Source: Clostridia bacterium (lineage in GTDB: Bacteria > Bacillota > Clostridia > RGIG6154). Taken from it: a DNA stretch of 64,000 bases. The first letter of the stretch is position 1. Every line of letters begins with the position of its first letter. Below the pieces are notes generated by a model. The model did no database searches, was not told the DNA's origin, and worked only from the letters and a program-made list of their open reading frames with translations. The DNA lies in the NCBI GenBank assembly GCA_045589295.1, contig JAZNOU010000007.1, positions 64,001-128,000 of the forward strand, in the 5' to 3' direction. Position numbers and translations under genes: made by a program. This document shows, one piece after another, positions 11,028 to 20,172 of the stretch.

Positions 11028-11110
11028 GACCTCACCTCACAGACGTATTCAATTTAGTATAACATATTTTTTGTAATTTTTAAATAGATTTTTAAAATTT
11101 TTACATTAAA

Positions 11111-11146
11111 AACAAAGGTTTTCGCGAAAAAGCGAAAACCTTTGTT
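11111..11146 (-). terminator. Intrinsic terminator after DUF378 gene
   Basis: AACAAAGGTTTTCGC-6nt-GCGAAAACCTTTGTT perfect 15-bp stem with a U run on the minus strand. Confidence 0.75.
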
Positions 11147-11158
11147 AAAAAAATATAA

Positions 11159-11371
11159 TTATGTGTGTGATGTTGTGTCCCTTTTATCTCTGTCGCGGAA
11201 CAAAAATGTTATACACCATATTCCTGCAAGACCAACTAATCCAAAAACAATTCTACTGATAACAGAAAGCTGTCCTCCAAAAATAGTGGCAACAACATCA
11301 ACACCAAAGAGTCCTATCGAACCCCAGTTAAGTGCGCCGATAATAACGAGCACCAACGAAATCATATCCAT
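11159..11371 (-). CDS. DUF378 (YuzA-like) small membrane protein
   Basis: LVIIGALNWGSIGLFGVDVVATIFG, SRIVFGLVGLAG signature; AAGGAG RBS. Confidence 0.9.
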   Translation of the reverse strand: MDMISLVLVIIGALNWGSIGLFGVDVVATIFGGQLSVISRIVFGLVGLAGIWCITFLFRDRDKRDTTSHT

Positions 11372-11400
11372 TTATATCAACTCCTTATAAAGATTAACAT

Positions 11401-11429
11401 TATTATTTGCACCAATGTGTATTTTATAC
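11401..11429 (-). promoter_or_regulatory. Putative forespore (sigma-F/sigma-G type) promoter of DUF378 gene
   Basis: Minus strand GTATA-N14-GCAAATAATA. Confidence 0.5.
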
Positions 11430-11438
11430 ATTTTTTTC

Positions 11439-11467
11439 TTGCTAAGTTTTTAAAAAAATGTTATACT
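11439..11467 (+). promoter_or_regulatory. Sigma-A promoter for cytidylate kinase-like gene and rqcH
   Basis: TTGCTA-N17-TATACT with extended TG. Confidence 0.65.
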
Positions 11468-11518
11468 GATATTAACAAAGATATCTGATTTTTTAATATT
11501 TATTCAAGGAGGTATATT

Positions 11519-12139
11519 ATGAGTTACGTTATTACAATTGGTCGCGAATTTGGCAGTGGAGGTCACGAAATTGCAGAAAAATTATCCGAAATGCTTGGGA
11601 TAAATTATTATGACAAAAACATTATTGACCTTGCATCAGAAAAAAGCGGCATAAACAAACAAATGTTTGAAAACTCTGATGAAAAGCACAATAGTTTTTT
11701 GTATTCTCTTTCAATGGCGCATTACGGCGGTCTTGTATCTCAGAATTATCTTAATGATATAATTACAAACGATAAATTGTTTTTAATTCAGTCAAACATA
11801 ATTAAAGACATCGCTGAGAAAGAATCTTGTATATTTGTCGGCAGATGTGCAGACTATGTTCTTAATGAACACCCAAACAAACTTTCTGTATTTGTTCACG
11901 CAAGCAAAGACTCAAAAGTTAAACGTGTTATGGAAACAATGAAAATTAAAGAGTCTGCCGCTGAAACTCTCATTAAAAAAACCGACAAATCAAGAGCAGC
12001 TTTTTATAACTTTTATTCAAGCAACGCCTGGGGTGCTGCTGCAACTTATGATTTATGTTTAAATACCGACAAATTTGGCATTGAAGGTGCTGCACAACTT
12101 ATTAAAAGTTATGTTGAACAACATATGTTAAACAAATAA
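11519..12139 (+). CDS. Cytidylate kinase-like family protein
   Basis: VITIGREFGSGG, VGRCADYVL, DKSRAAFYNFY, YDLCLN. Confidence 0.88.
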   Translation: MSYVITIGREFGSGGHEIAEKLSEMLGINYYDKNIIDLASEKSGINKQMFENSDEKHNSFLYSLSMAHYGGLVSQNYLNDIITNDKLFLIQSNIIKDIAEKESCIFVGRCADYVLNEHPNKLSVFVHASKDSKVKRVMETMKIKESAAETLIKKTDKSRAAFYNFYSSNAWGAAATYDLCLNTDKFGIEGAAQLIKSYVEQHMLNK

Positions 12140-12150
12140 CGGAGGAGTAT

Positions 12151-13818
12151 ATGGCTTTTGACGCATGCGTCGTAAAATGTTTTGTACATCAAGCGGAAAA
12201 CAAACTTAAAGATGCAAGAATTGACAAAATACATCAACCGCAAAAAGATGAACTTTATATTACTTTAAGAACTCATTCAGGCGGTATGAAACTATATATA
12301 AGTGCTAACCCAAGTTATCCAAGAATATATTTTTCCAACGAAAAAATCGAAAACCCAAGTGAACCACCTATGTTTTGTATGTTACTTAGAAAACACATTG
12401 GTTCTGGAAAAATAAAAAGCATTTATCAGATTGAATTCGAAAGAATTATGATTATTGAAATTGAATGCCGAAACGAACTTATGGATATTGTAACAAAGAA
12501 ACTTGTTGTAGAAATTATGGGTAAACATAGCAATATAATACTTTTAGATGAGAACGATGTCATTATTGATTCCATAAAACGAATTGATATTTCAACAAGT
12601 TCTGTAAGGCAAATTTTACCCGCACTCAAATACAATGTACCACCTAAACAGGATAAGCAAAATCCTTTATTGTGTGACTTTTCTTCACTTCCAGGAAGCG
12701 TTCCTGAACCAGAAAATTATGTAATGAAAAATTTTTACGGAATCAGTAAACTTACTGCAAGAGAGATTGCTTTTAGGTGCGAAACCTCACCATTTCACAA
12801 AGTTATGGAGGAAATATTTACAAACATAAATTCTAATGTTTTTGCTCCTTGCCTTATATATAATACAGACGGGACTCCCCTTGATTTCAGTGCCATTAAT
12901 ATTTCACAATATGGCAATGATTTTAAAATTTACAAGTGTGATTCTGTTTCAGATATTTGTGAAAAATATTACTCCGAAAAAGCACTTGCTTTACGTTTGT
13001 CACAGTTTGCATATGTGCTGCTCAAACTCGTTTCCAACAACATTGAGCGTTGCAAAAAGAAACTGGGCATTTTTAATCAACAACTTTTGGACAGTGCAAA
13101 GCGTGAAACATATAAGGAGTTTGGTGAACTGATAACCGCAAATCTTTACAGAATAGAAAGTGGCGCTTCAAGTATAACTGTTGAAAACTTTTTTCAAGAT
13201 GATATGCCGCTTGTCGAGATTAAGTTAGATGACAGTATAACACCTGCAAAAAATGCGCAAAAATATTTTACTAAATATAATAAAGCAAAAAAAGCCGAAG
13301 AGCAAGCGCATATTCAGATAAAATCCGCCAGTGAAGAACTTTCCTATCTCGAAAGTGTTTATGATGAACTTCAACGTGCAAGCACTTACTCGGAAATTTC
13401 TGAAATTAAAGACGAACTTATTGAGCAAGGTTACATTTCTTCAGGAAATCCATCCAAAAAGAAAAAGATTGCTGTTGCTATGCCGCACAAATATGAATTT
13501 GACGGTTACACGATTTATGTCGGCAAAAACAACAAACAAAATGATTACCTTACCCTAAAGCTTGCAAAAAATAATGATTTGTGGTTTCACACAAAAAACA
13601 TTCCTGGCTCACACGTTATTGTTGTTAAAAAATACGGCGAAGAGATTCCAGACAATATCATTTTAAAGGCTGCAACGCTGGCAGCCACTCACTCAAAAAG
13701 CAAAGGCGGTGCCAAAACGCCTATTGACTACACAACAGTCAAAAATGTAAAAAAACCTTCTGGTGCTAAACCCGGTATGGTTATTTATGACAATTACAAC
13801 ACAATTTATGTTAATTAG
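12151..13818 (+). CDS. rqcH: Ribosome quality control protein RqcH (NFACT/FbpA family)
   Basis: MAFD start, PPMFCMLLRKH, EIMGKHSNIIL, NAQKYFTKYNK, VGKNNKQND, WFHTKNIPGSHV, KPSGAKPGMVIY. Confidence 0.94.
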   Translation: MAFDACVVKCFVHQAENKLKDARIDKIHQPQKDELYITLRTHSGGMKLYISANPSYPRIYFSNEKIENPSEPPMFCMLLRKHIGSGKIKSIYQIEFERIMIIEIECRNELMDIVTKKLVVEIMGKHSNIILLDENDVIIDSIKRIDISTSSVRQILPALKYNVPPKQDKQNPLLCDFSSLPGSVPEPENYVMKNFYGISKLTAREIAFRCETSPFHKVMEEIFTNINSNVFAPCLIYNTDGTPLDFSAINISQYGNDFKIYKCDSVSDICEKYYSEKALALRLSQFAYVLLKLVSNNIERCKKKLGIFNQQLLDSAKRETYKEFGELITANLYRIESGASSITVENFFQDDMPLVEIKLDDSITPAKNAQKYFTKYNKAKKAEEQAHIQIKSASEELSYLESVYDELQRASTYSEISEIKDELIEQGYISSGNPSKKKKIAVAMPHKYEFDGYTIYVGKNNKQNDYLTLKLAKNNDLWFHTKNIPGSHVIVVKKYGEEIPDNIILKAATLAATHSKSKGGAKTPIDYTTVKNVKKPSGAKPGMVIYDNYNTIYVN

Positions 13819-13823
13819 TTTTT

Positions 13824-13852
13824 AAGCAACTATCCAAGAGATAGTTGCTTTT
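13824..13852 (+). terminator. Intrinsic terminator after rqcH
   Basis: AAGCAACTATC-CAAGA-GATAGTTGCTT followed by a T-rich tail. Confidence 0.75.
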
Positions 13853-13863
13853 ACTATTTTTTG

Positions 13864-13892
13864 TTGAAAAATATTTGTATTTATATTATAAT
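13864..13892 (+). promoter_or_regulatory. Sigma-A promoter for AEC transporter and cohesin/SLH gene
   Basis: TTGAAA-N17-TATAAT. Confidence 0.65.
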
Positions 13893-13922
13893 TAACATAT
13901 AAACTTTTAAACTTTTCTTGGA

Positions 13923-14894
13923 GTGATTCTTTTGGCAGACATAAGCATTATAACTGAAAAAATAATATTTCTAGGCATTTTTGCACTAATTGGTTTTGTT
14001 TCCACCTTCCTAAGATACACAAAACCAACACTAAGTGAAGGAATTTCTACTACTCTTACAAGACTTACAATCCCGGCATTGGTTATTTCGTCTTTTTCAA
14101 CGCTTGATATGGATGCCCAACGTTTAAAAAACGGACTTTTAATGCTCATAATTTCTTATTTATTGATATTTTTCTTGATATTTTTAGGTAAGCTTTGTGC
14201 AAAATTTTTAGGGCTTCGCGGTGTCACCGCATCTGCACATACATATTTGACTGCTTGCGGAAATGTTACATTTATGGGCTATCCAATCATCACCGCAATT
14301 TTAGGAACAGAAGGTCTTTATTACGCCATGCTGTATGTACTTGCAAATGATACTGTAATATGGGTTTTATCTGTATACTCTATTGCAAAGTGTACAGGAA
14401 AGAAACACGAAAATATGTTAAAGAAACTTTTAAACCCAAGCACAATTTCTTTATTACTTGGGTTTTTGGTAATGCTTTTTAATGTAAAATTCCCACCTGC
14501 AATTTTAAGTCCTATGCAAACTTTAGGTGCTTGCACCATCCCTCTTTCAATGATATTTATAGGTATAACTCTCGCCACAATTAAATTTTCTAAACTTTTA
14601 AACTGTCTGAAAGGCTTTGTAATTGTGCTTGTCAAAATGCTTCTTGTCCCTGGGGTGTTAATTTCGCTTATGCCTTTATTCGACAGTTTTGGAATTATTT
14701 CTGCAACAGGAATCGTTGTGCTTATCTTACAATGTGCAATGCCATCAACATCGATATATGCAGTACTTTCAAAAACATATGGCGGCGACCCTGAATATGC
14801 AGCACAGAACATTATGATTACAACAGGTATGAGCTTTTTTACAATACCTTTTATCTACTACCTTATTACCAATTTTAACGGTATAGGATTATAA
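13923..14894 (+). CDS. AEC (auxin efflux carrier / malate permease) family transporter
   Basis: About 10 TM helices, GNVTFMGYP, NP, PLSMIFIG, AMP motifs. Confidence 0.9.
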   Translation: MILLADISIITEKIIFLGIFALIGFVSTFLRYTKPTLSEGISTTLTRLTIPALVISSFSTLDMDAQRLKNGLLMLIISYLLIFFLIFLGKLCAKFLGLRGVTASAHTYLTACGNVTFMGYPIITAILGTEGLYYAMLYVLANDTVIWVLSVYSIAKCTGKKHENMLKKLLNPSTISLLLGFLVMLFNVKFPPAILSPMQTLGACTIPLSMIFIGITLATIKFSKLLNCLKGFVIVLVKMLLVPGVLISLMPLFDSFGIISATGIVVLILQCAMPSTSIYAVLSKTYGGDPEYAAQNIMITTGMSFFTIPFIYYLITNFNGIGL

Positions 14895-14904
14895 GGAGAA
14901 TAAC

Positions 14905-15960
14905 ATGAAAAAAATATTATTTATTACTCTTTTGCTCACTATCACATTTATGCTATTTATTACCACAAGTGCAAGCGACCCCGCTTTTTCTTTAAATTCA
15001 GATATTAATTCTGACACCCTTACTATCACAATAAATTCAAACACAAGTTTCAGTGCATTTAACTTAAAATTATATTATGATGCGCAAGTTTTAACACCAA
15101 TTTCTCTCCAAGAATGTGAAATTTTAAAAACGGGTGATGCTATTACAACAAACATAAACGGCAAGAATTATACTGATGATTATGTTTCGGCTGTATGGAT
15201 AGATCTTAATGACACCAAAAAATATGGTGATATTTTTAAATTAACTTTTAAGCTTAAACAACCGATAAAATCAACAACATTAAAACTTATATGCACTGAA
15301 TTAATACAAAATGGTAAGTCTATCACAAATATTCCACCAATTGAATTCATTGCAGATATTTCTGGCACAGAAAACGCCACACCTGCCATTACAACAAAAA
15401 GCAATGCTGATAAAATAAAATATATGAACGACTATGGAAATGAATTTAAACCGCTTGACTATGCTACAAGATACGAAATAATTGATGCTCTTTATAGCTT
15501 GTTTGAATTTAAGAACATCAACGATACTTTAAAATTGACCGACATCGACGATAACTATAAAACAAAAGTCCCTTCTTTTCTTTCAACTGGAATTATATCA
15601 GGATACCCTGATGGAAGCTTCAGAGGCAACAACAATATAACACGCGCAGAATTTGTAAAAATTCTTACAATGGCGTTCAAATTTAATAATTCTGTTTTAA
15701 CAAAAGATTATTTTTCAGACATTTCAGACAGTTGGGCCAAAAGCTATATTAACAATTTTGCATCTATGGGATATGCTAAAGGATATCTAAACCCAGACGG
15801 AACATTTTCATTCAAACCAAATGATTTTGTTACCCGCGCAGAATGTGTTTTATTTATAAACAGAATTATAAATGCAAGTTCTGTACCTTCAAACAAAATA
15901 TATATTGACCTTACTAGTGATTTTTGGGGCTATGATGAAATAATGAAAGCAGTAAAATAA
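14905..15960 (+). CDS. Secreted cohesin-like domain + SLH-domain cell-surface protein
   Basis: Signal peptide; beta-rich segment (LKLYYDAQVL...GDIFKLTFKL); C-terminal SLH repeats (GIISGYPDGSF, ITRAEF, VTRAEC). Confidence 0.8.
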   Translation: MKKILFITLLLTITFMLFITTSASDPAFSLNSDINSDTLTITINSNTSFSAFNLKLYYDAQVLTPISLQECEILKTGDAITTNINGKNYTDDYVSAVWIDLNDTKKYGDIFKLTFKLKQPIKSTTLKLICTELIQNGKSITNIPPIEFIADISGTENATPAITTKSNADKIKYMNDYGNEFKPLDYATRYEIIDALYSLFEFKNINDTLKLTDIDDNYKTKVPSFLSTGIISGYPDGSFRGNNNITRAEFVKILTMAFKFNNSVLTKDYFSDISDSWAKSYINNFASMGYAKGYLNPDGTFSFKPNDFVTRAECVLFINRIINASSVPSNKIYIDLTSDFWGYDEIMKAVK

Positions 15961-15986
15961 AAGAGCAACATCAGTTGCTCTTTTTT
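15959..15986. terminator. Bidirectional intrinsic terminator
   Basis: AAAAGAGCAAC-ATCA-GTTGCTCTTTTTT between convergent genes. Confidence 0.75.
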
Positions 15987-16318
15987 ATTGGTGCAAAATA
16001 TTCATTTTTAACATTATCAACACCAATTAAGTATATTCCCCCGAAATTTGAATTATACCATGAACATGCATACGCCAGTTCAACCAGGGGGTGTTCACAT
16101 TTACCAATGTTTGCTAAAAAACCTAAAATAATATTATCATGAAAGTAAGTATAATAATACCCGTTATTATTCTTAATATTTTCACTAACTTTACTCAATT
16201 CAAATATTTTTTTTAAAATAATGGGTTCAATCAAAACTTCTCTCTTCTTTGTCCAATTTAATTGTAAAAATCCATTAATCTTCAATTTTTCATCCGCATT
16301 AGAAATAAATGTTCTCAT
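15971..16318 (-). CDS. Hypothetical protein (no family recognised)
   Basis: 115-aa ORF with ATG and GGAG RBS, filling the gap between two terminators. Confidence 0.6.
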   Translation of the reverse strand: MRTFISNADEKLKINGFLQLNWTKKREVLIEPIILKKIFELSKVSENIKNNNGYYYTYFHDNIILGFLANIGKCEHPLVELAYACSWYNSNFGGIYLIGVDNVKNEYFAPIKKSN

Positions 16319-16330
16319 AATTTCTCCAAC

Positions 16331-16370
16331 AAAAAAAGATTACAGAAACATTATATGCTTCTGCAATCTC
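16331..16370 (-). terminator. Intrinsic terminator ending the mazEF-hypothetical unit
   Basis: Minus strand GAGATTGCAGAAGCA-TATAA-TGTTTCTGTAATCTTTTTTT. Confidence 0.7.
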
Positions 16371-16375
16371 TAAAA

Positions 16376-16783
16376 TCACTTAATTTCATATGCACCTTTT
16401 ACCAAAACCAAACTATTGGCAGCCACCTTAAGTCCCCTGCCATCATTAACCGGCACAAGCAAATGATGATTTGGTGGAATTTGTGTTCCGTTTGACAAAT
16501 CAGCACCAGAGGATAAATCTGCAACTCCACCTTTTTGCGTAGCCACAATCGTACCTCTACCCATTCTTAATACCATTTCAGTTCCTGCATCGCCGATAAT
16601 TGTTTTACCATTTGCAACTTCTACAACTTTAAACGTCATTTCCTTTTTGAAAACATCATTTATATAGCTCAAAGTTACAACAGGATCTTCTTCACTACCC
16701 GCATTTGCATAAGCTATATATGTAGCAGCTGCACAAACAAAAACAACCACTACTAACATTCCAATCAATCTTTTGTTCTTCAC
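16376..16783 (-). CDS. Hypothetical exported protein
   Basis: Signal peptide, GSEEDPVVTLSY segment, beta-rich C-terminus; AAGGAG RBS. Confidence 0.8.
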   Translation of the reverse strand: MKNKRLIGMLVVVVFVCAAATYIAYANAGSEEDPVVTLSYINDVFKKEMTFKVVEVANGKTIIGDAGTEMVLRMGRGTIVATQKGGVADLSSGADLSNGTQIPPNHHLLVPVNDGRGLKVAANSLVLVKGAYEIK

Positions 16784-16798
16784 TTTAAAAACTCCTTT

Positions 16799-17149
16799 TT
16801 AAATCTCTAACAATCCAAAACTGACCACTAAGGCATCGTTCACTTTTTCCATAAGTTCATTATCCACAGAACCTATTTTTTCTTTTAAACGCCTTTTATC
16901 AATGGTCCGTATTTGCTCAAGTAAAATAACAGAATCTTTAGCAAGCCCATATTCGCTTGCATCCACTTCTATATGTGTAGGCATCTTCGCCTTATTAATC
17001 TGGGATGTTATCGCCGCAGCTATAACAGTTGGACTGTACTTATTTCCGACATCATTTTGAACAATCAAAACAGGTCTAATTCCACCTTGTTCTGAACCCA
17101 CAACAGGACTAAGATCCGCATAATAGATTTCTCCGCGTTTAACAATCAC
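16799..17149 (-). CDS. mazF: Type II toxin MazF/PemK (EndoA) endoribonuclease
   Basis: [46 protein letters not shown]; alr-mazE-mazF synteny. Confidence 0.97.
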   Translation of the reverse strand: MIVKRGEIYYADLSPVVGSEQGGIRPVLIVQNDVGNKYSPTVIAAAITSQINKAKMPTHIEVDASEYGLAKDSVILLEQIRTIDKRRLKEKIGSVDNELMEKVNDALVVSFGLLEI

Positions 17150-17152
17150 TCT

Positions 17153-17428
17153 TTATTCACTCTCCGAAAGTTTTTCCTCACACACTGTTAAAGCTTGATT
17201 ATCAGCACACAAACACATTTCGGCGTAATTTAAATTATATCCTGCCGCTTCCCCATATCCTTTTTGCAAAATATCTATATTTATTTTTTTGCACTTTCTC
17301 ACATATAACCGCAGAGACTTTTCAACAACATCGTCAAATGTACAATCAGTTACATTAGCGATGTTTAAAGCTTCATCTATCAGTTTTTGCGGCAAAGTGA
17401 TTTCCATTTTCTTAAGTTCTTGTAACAT
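17153..17428 (-). CDS. mazE: Antitoxin MazE/NdoAI-like (CopG/RHH family, divergent)
   Basis: ITLPQKLI strand/helix, LQKGY...NL C-terminal motif; located between alr and mazF. Confidence 0.8.
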   Translation of the reverse strand: MLQELKKMEITLPQKLIDEALNIANVTDCTFDDVVEKSLRLYVRKCKKINIDILQKGYGEAAGYNLNYAEMCLCADNQALTVCEEKLSESE

Positions 17429-17479
17429 ATCTCTTTTGCCCCCGCGTTTTAATTGAAAGGATTAAACTCCCCGTATATA

Positions 17480-17508
17480 ATTATACACAATTAAAAACCT
17501 AAGGTCAA
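17480..17508 (-). promoter_or_regulatory. Sigma-A promoter for mazEF
   Basis: TTGACC-N17-TATAAT. Confidence 0.75.
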
Positions 17509-17545
17509 TAACAATAATATGGTATACTACCATTTTTTGTGACAA

Positions 17546-18724
17546 TCAATCAAGAAAATTAATTGCTTTTGTAACGTTTCCCTCTTTTAAGTAAATTCTT
17601 GGAATTCTCTTTCCAACACCAGATAAAATCTCATAATTGATTGTATTAGAAAGATTGGCTATGTTTTCAACCGGTATAAAACTTTCACCTTGAGTTCCAA
17701 ATACAGTAACCTCATCACCCACACCTATATTATTGACAGAAGTTACGTCAATAATACATAGATCCATACAAATTCTTCCCAAAACAGGTACAATTTTTCC
17801 GCCAACAATCATACTTCCCTTATTGCTGATAGCTCTTGGAAGTCCGTCAGCATAGCCAACAGGAACAGTAGCAACAATTAAATCCGTTTGAGCTTCATAC
17901 GTCTTTCCATAACTTATCGGTGTGCCCTTTTGCACACTCTTAATATTAACCACACGGGTTTTGAACTGCATTACAGGTTTTAATTTGAAGTCAACTTTAA
18001 CTTCACTTGACGGGCAAACACCATAAATAATAATTCCCGGACGTACCATATCAAGGTGCATTTCAGGGAATTTAATTGTTGCAGCGCTATTACAGCAATG
18101 GCGGTATTTAAATGTAACACCATCATCTTTAAGTTTAGAAATTAACGACATAAACCTTTTAAATTGCAAATGTGTAAATTCATCATCGCTCTCATCTGCA
18201 ACAGAAAAATGTGTAAATATCCCCTCAGCATCAATTCCTTCTAAAGAAACAATTTGCTTGATTTCATTTTCTGCCTCGTTATCTAACTTGTCAGAGCATC
18301 CATACAGATAACCAATTCTACCCATCCCTGTGTCAATTTTAATATGAATTTTAGCTTTTTTATTATTTTTTAAGGCAATTTCTGAAAGTGCTTTAGCATC
18401 ATCTAAGCAAAAAACTGTTTGGGAAATATCATTTTTGATTATTTCTTCAAAACGCACTTTACCAGAACGGCCAAGAATTAAAATTGGTATATTTACACCA
18501 TTATTTCTCAAATGAATTGCCTCATCTACACAAGCAACACCCAGATATTCAACGCCATTCTCAATCAAAGTATTAGCAGTTTCTAAGCTGCCATGCCCAT
18601 AGGCATCAGCCTTTACAACAGCCATAATCTTAGTATTCTTATTTAAAATGGACTTTATATTTAAAATATTTGATTTTAATGAATCAAGATTTACTTCAGC
18701 CCATGAACGATCACTATATATCAT
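17546..18724 (-). CDS. alr: Alanine racemase
   Basis: AVVKADAYGHG (PLP Lys), HIKIDTGMGRIG, ISYG, GRICMD, TINYE. Confidence 0.97.
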   Translation of the reverse strand: MIYSDRSWAEVNLDSLKSNILNIKSILNKNTKIMAVVKADAYGHGSLETANTLIENGVEYLGVACVDEAIHLRNNGVNIPILILGRSGKVRFEEIIKNDISQTVFCLDDAKALSEIALKNNKKAKIHIKIDTGMGRIGYLYGCSDKLDNEAENEIKQIVSLEGIDAEGIFTHFSVADESDDEFTHLQFKRFMSLISKLKDDGVTFKYRHCCNSAATIKFPEMHLDMVRPGIIIYGVCPSSEVKVDFKLKPVMQFKTRVVNIKSVQKGTPISYGKTYEAQTDLIVATVPVGYADGLPRAISNKGSMIVGGKIVPVLGRICMDLCIIDVTSVNNIGVGDEVTVFGTQGESFIPVENIANLSNTINYEILSGVGKRIPRIYLKEGNVTKAINFLD

Positions 18725-18736
18725 AAATATGCCTCT

Positions 18737-19600
18737 TTAAATTTCAGTAATTTTTTTAAACGCTATACCCAGATTATCAATAATATCACAAGGAGTCATT
18801 GAAAAATCTGTAAATTTCTCTTTTGCAATATCTCCTGCTAAACCATGAATATAAGCACCTGCAATTCCACTTTCAAAAGTAGGTAAGCCTTGTGCCGCCA
18901 ATGCAACACAAATTCCAGTCAACACGTCTCCTGAACCACCCTTTGCCATCCCATTATTACCGGTTGGATTAACAAAAACATCCTTTCCATTTGTAATCAC
19001 AGTATTTTTACCTTTTAAAAGAATATTCACGTTATACTCATTAGCAAAACTAACAGCATACTCAGTACGTTTATTGGAAATTTCCTCACACGAATTACCG
19101 CAAAGTCTGCTCATCTCACCAATATGCGGTGTTAGTAAAACATCTGCTTTACTTTTTTTTAAGATGTCAGGGTTAATCGCTAAAACATTAATAGCATCTG
19201 CATCAATAATCATTTTTTTTGCGGTCATACAAAGTTCTTCCAAAACTGCCCTTACTCCATTGCCAACTCCTGCACCCGGACCGATTGCAACAGCATCACA
19301 TTTGTCAGCGACAGTTAAAATTTGACGTACGGAATTTACAGTAATATCTCCGTCTTTATCGTCAACAGGACACGTCATAACCTCGGTTAATTTTATTTCA
19401 AAAATGTTATTTAAAGAACGGGGTACAGCCGCGGTAATAAGACCTGCACCCGATTTCAGTGCAGCATTTGCACACATACAAACGGCTCCTGTAAGGCCGG
19501 TGCTACCACCAATAATGAGCACTCTTCCTCTGTGTCCCTTATGGATATAATCATCAAATTCCGGCAACATTTTGCTCACGTATTCTATGTTGGTAATCAT
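18737..19600 (-). CDS. nnrD: ADP-dependent NAD(P)HX dehydratase (stand-alone)
   Basis: HKGHRGRVLIIGGS, IGPG, DADA, LTPHIGEM, GGSGDVLTG. Confidence 0.92.
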   Translation of the reverse strand: MITNIEYVSKMLPEFDDYIHKGHRGRVLIIGGSTGLTGAVCMCANAALKSGAGLITAAVPRSLNNIFEIKLTEVMTCPVDDKDGDITVNSVRQILTVADKCDAVAIGPGAGVGNGVRAVLEELCMTAKKMIIDADAINVLAINPDILKKSKADVLLTPHIGEMSRLCGNSCEEISNKRTEYAVSFANEYNVNILLKGKNTVITNGKDVFVNPTGNNGMAKGGSGDVLTGICVALAAQGLPTFESGIAGAYIHGLAGDIAKEKFTDFSMTPCDIIDNLGIAFKKITEI

Positions 19601-20112
19601 GCTCTTCTTTCAACTTTTCTTGGCATAACTGTCAAAAAATGTAATATCACTTTTTCATCATCTACTATAACAAGTTTTTCAAGACCACTTTTGCCTTTAA
19701 AAATTATAGCGTAATTAGTGTCCTCATTTCTGCTTTTTGCCGCAAAATAGGTCTTTTTTATTGCCATTGTTTTTAATTCATCACACTGTGCAGGAAGAAT
19801 TTTTTCAATTCTGTCTTTAGTTACAGCAACAAATCTTTTCCTTCTTTTTTTAGCAAAAATACGATCAATATCAATATCCCCGTTGACAATACAATATTCA
19901 AATTCTACATCAGTTGTTTGCGCAAACTTATATGCAACATATACTACAACTGCAGCAAAGAACAATCCCATAGTGTTAAGAATTGGAATCATCGCCGCAA
20001 TCATCATTGATAAAATTGCCCCTGCAAATGCTGCAATAACAATACCCGTCTTTTTTAATACATCGATTTTATCAGGTTCTTTTTTAACAAGACATTCTGT
20101 AATCTGTTCCAT
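19597..20112 (-). CDS. Membrane protein, DUF6106-like
   Basis: ECLVKK start, two TMs, EFEY...GDIDIDRIFAKKRRK. Confidence 0.75.
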   Translation of the reverse strand: MEQITECLVKKEPDKIDVLKKTGIVIAAFAGAILSMMIAAMIPILNTMGLFFAAVVVYVAYKFAQTTDVEFEYCIVNGDIDIDRIFAKKRRKRFVAVTKDRIEKILPAQCDELKTMAIKKTYFAAKSRNEDTNYAIIFKGKSGLEKLVIVDDEKVILHFLTVMPRKVERRA

Positions 20113-20142
20113 ATTTGGTTCCTCTCTTTCTTTTGTTATTCT

Positions 20143-20171
20143 ATTTTAACATTTTTTGTAAAAATAATCAA
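20143..20171 (-). promoter_or_regulatory. Sigma-A promoter for DUF6106-nnrD-alr
   Basis: TTGATT-N17-TAAAAT with extended TG. Confidence 0.6.
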
Positions 20172-20172
20172 G

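Noticed and set aside
16799-17428. mazEF as a marker of a mobile element
   Set aside because: alr-mazE-mazF is the conserved chromosomal arrangement in Firmicutes; no integrase, transposase or att-like repeats were seen.
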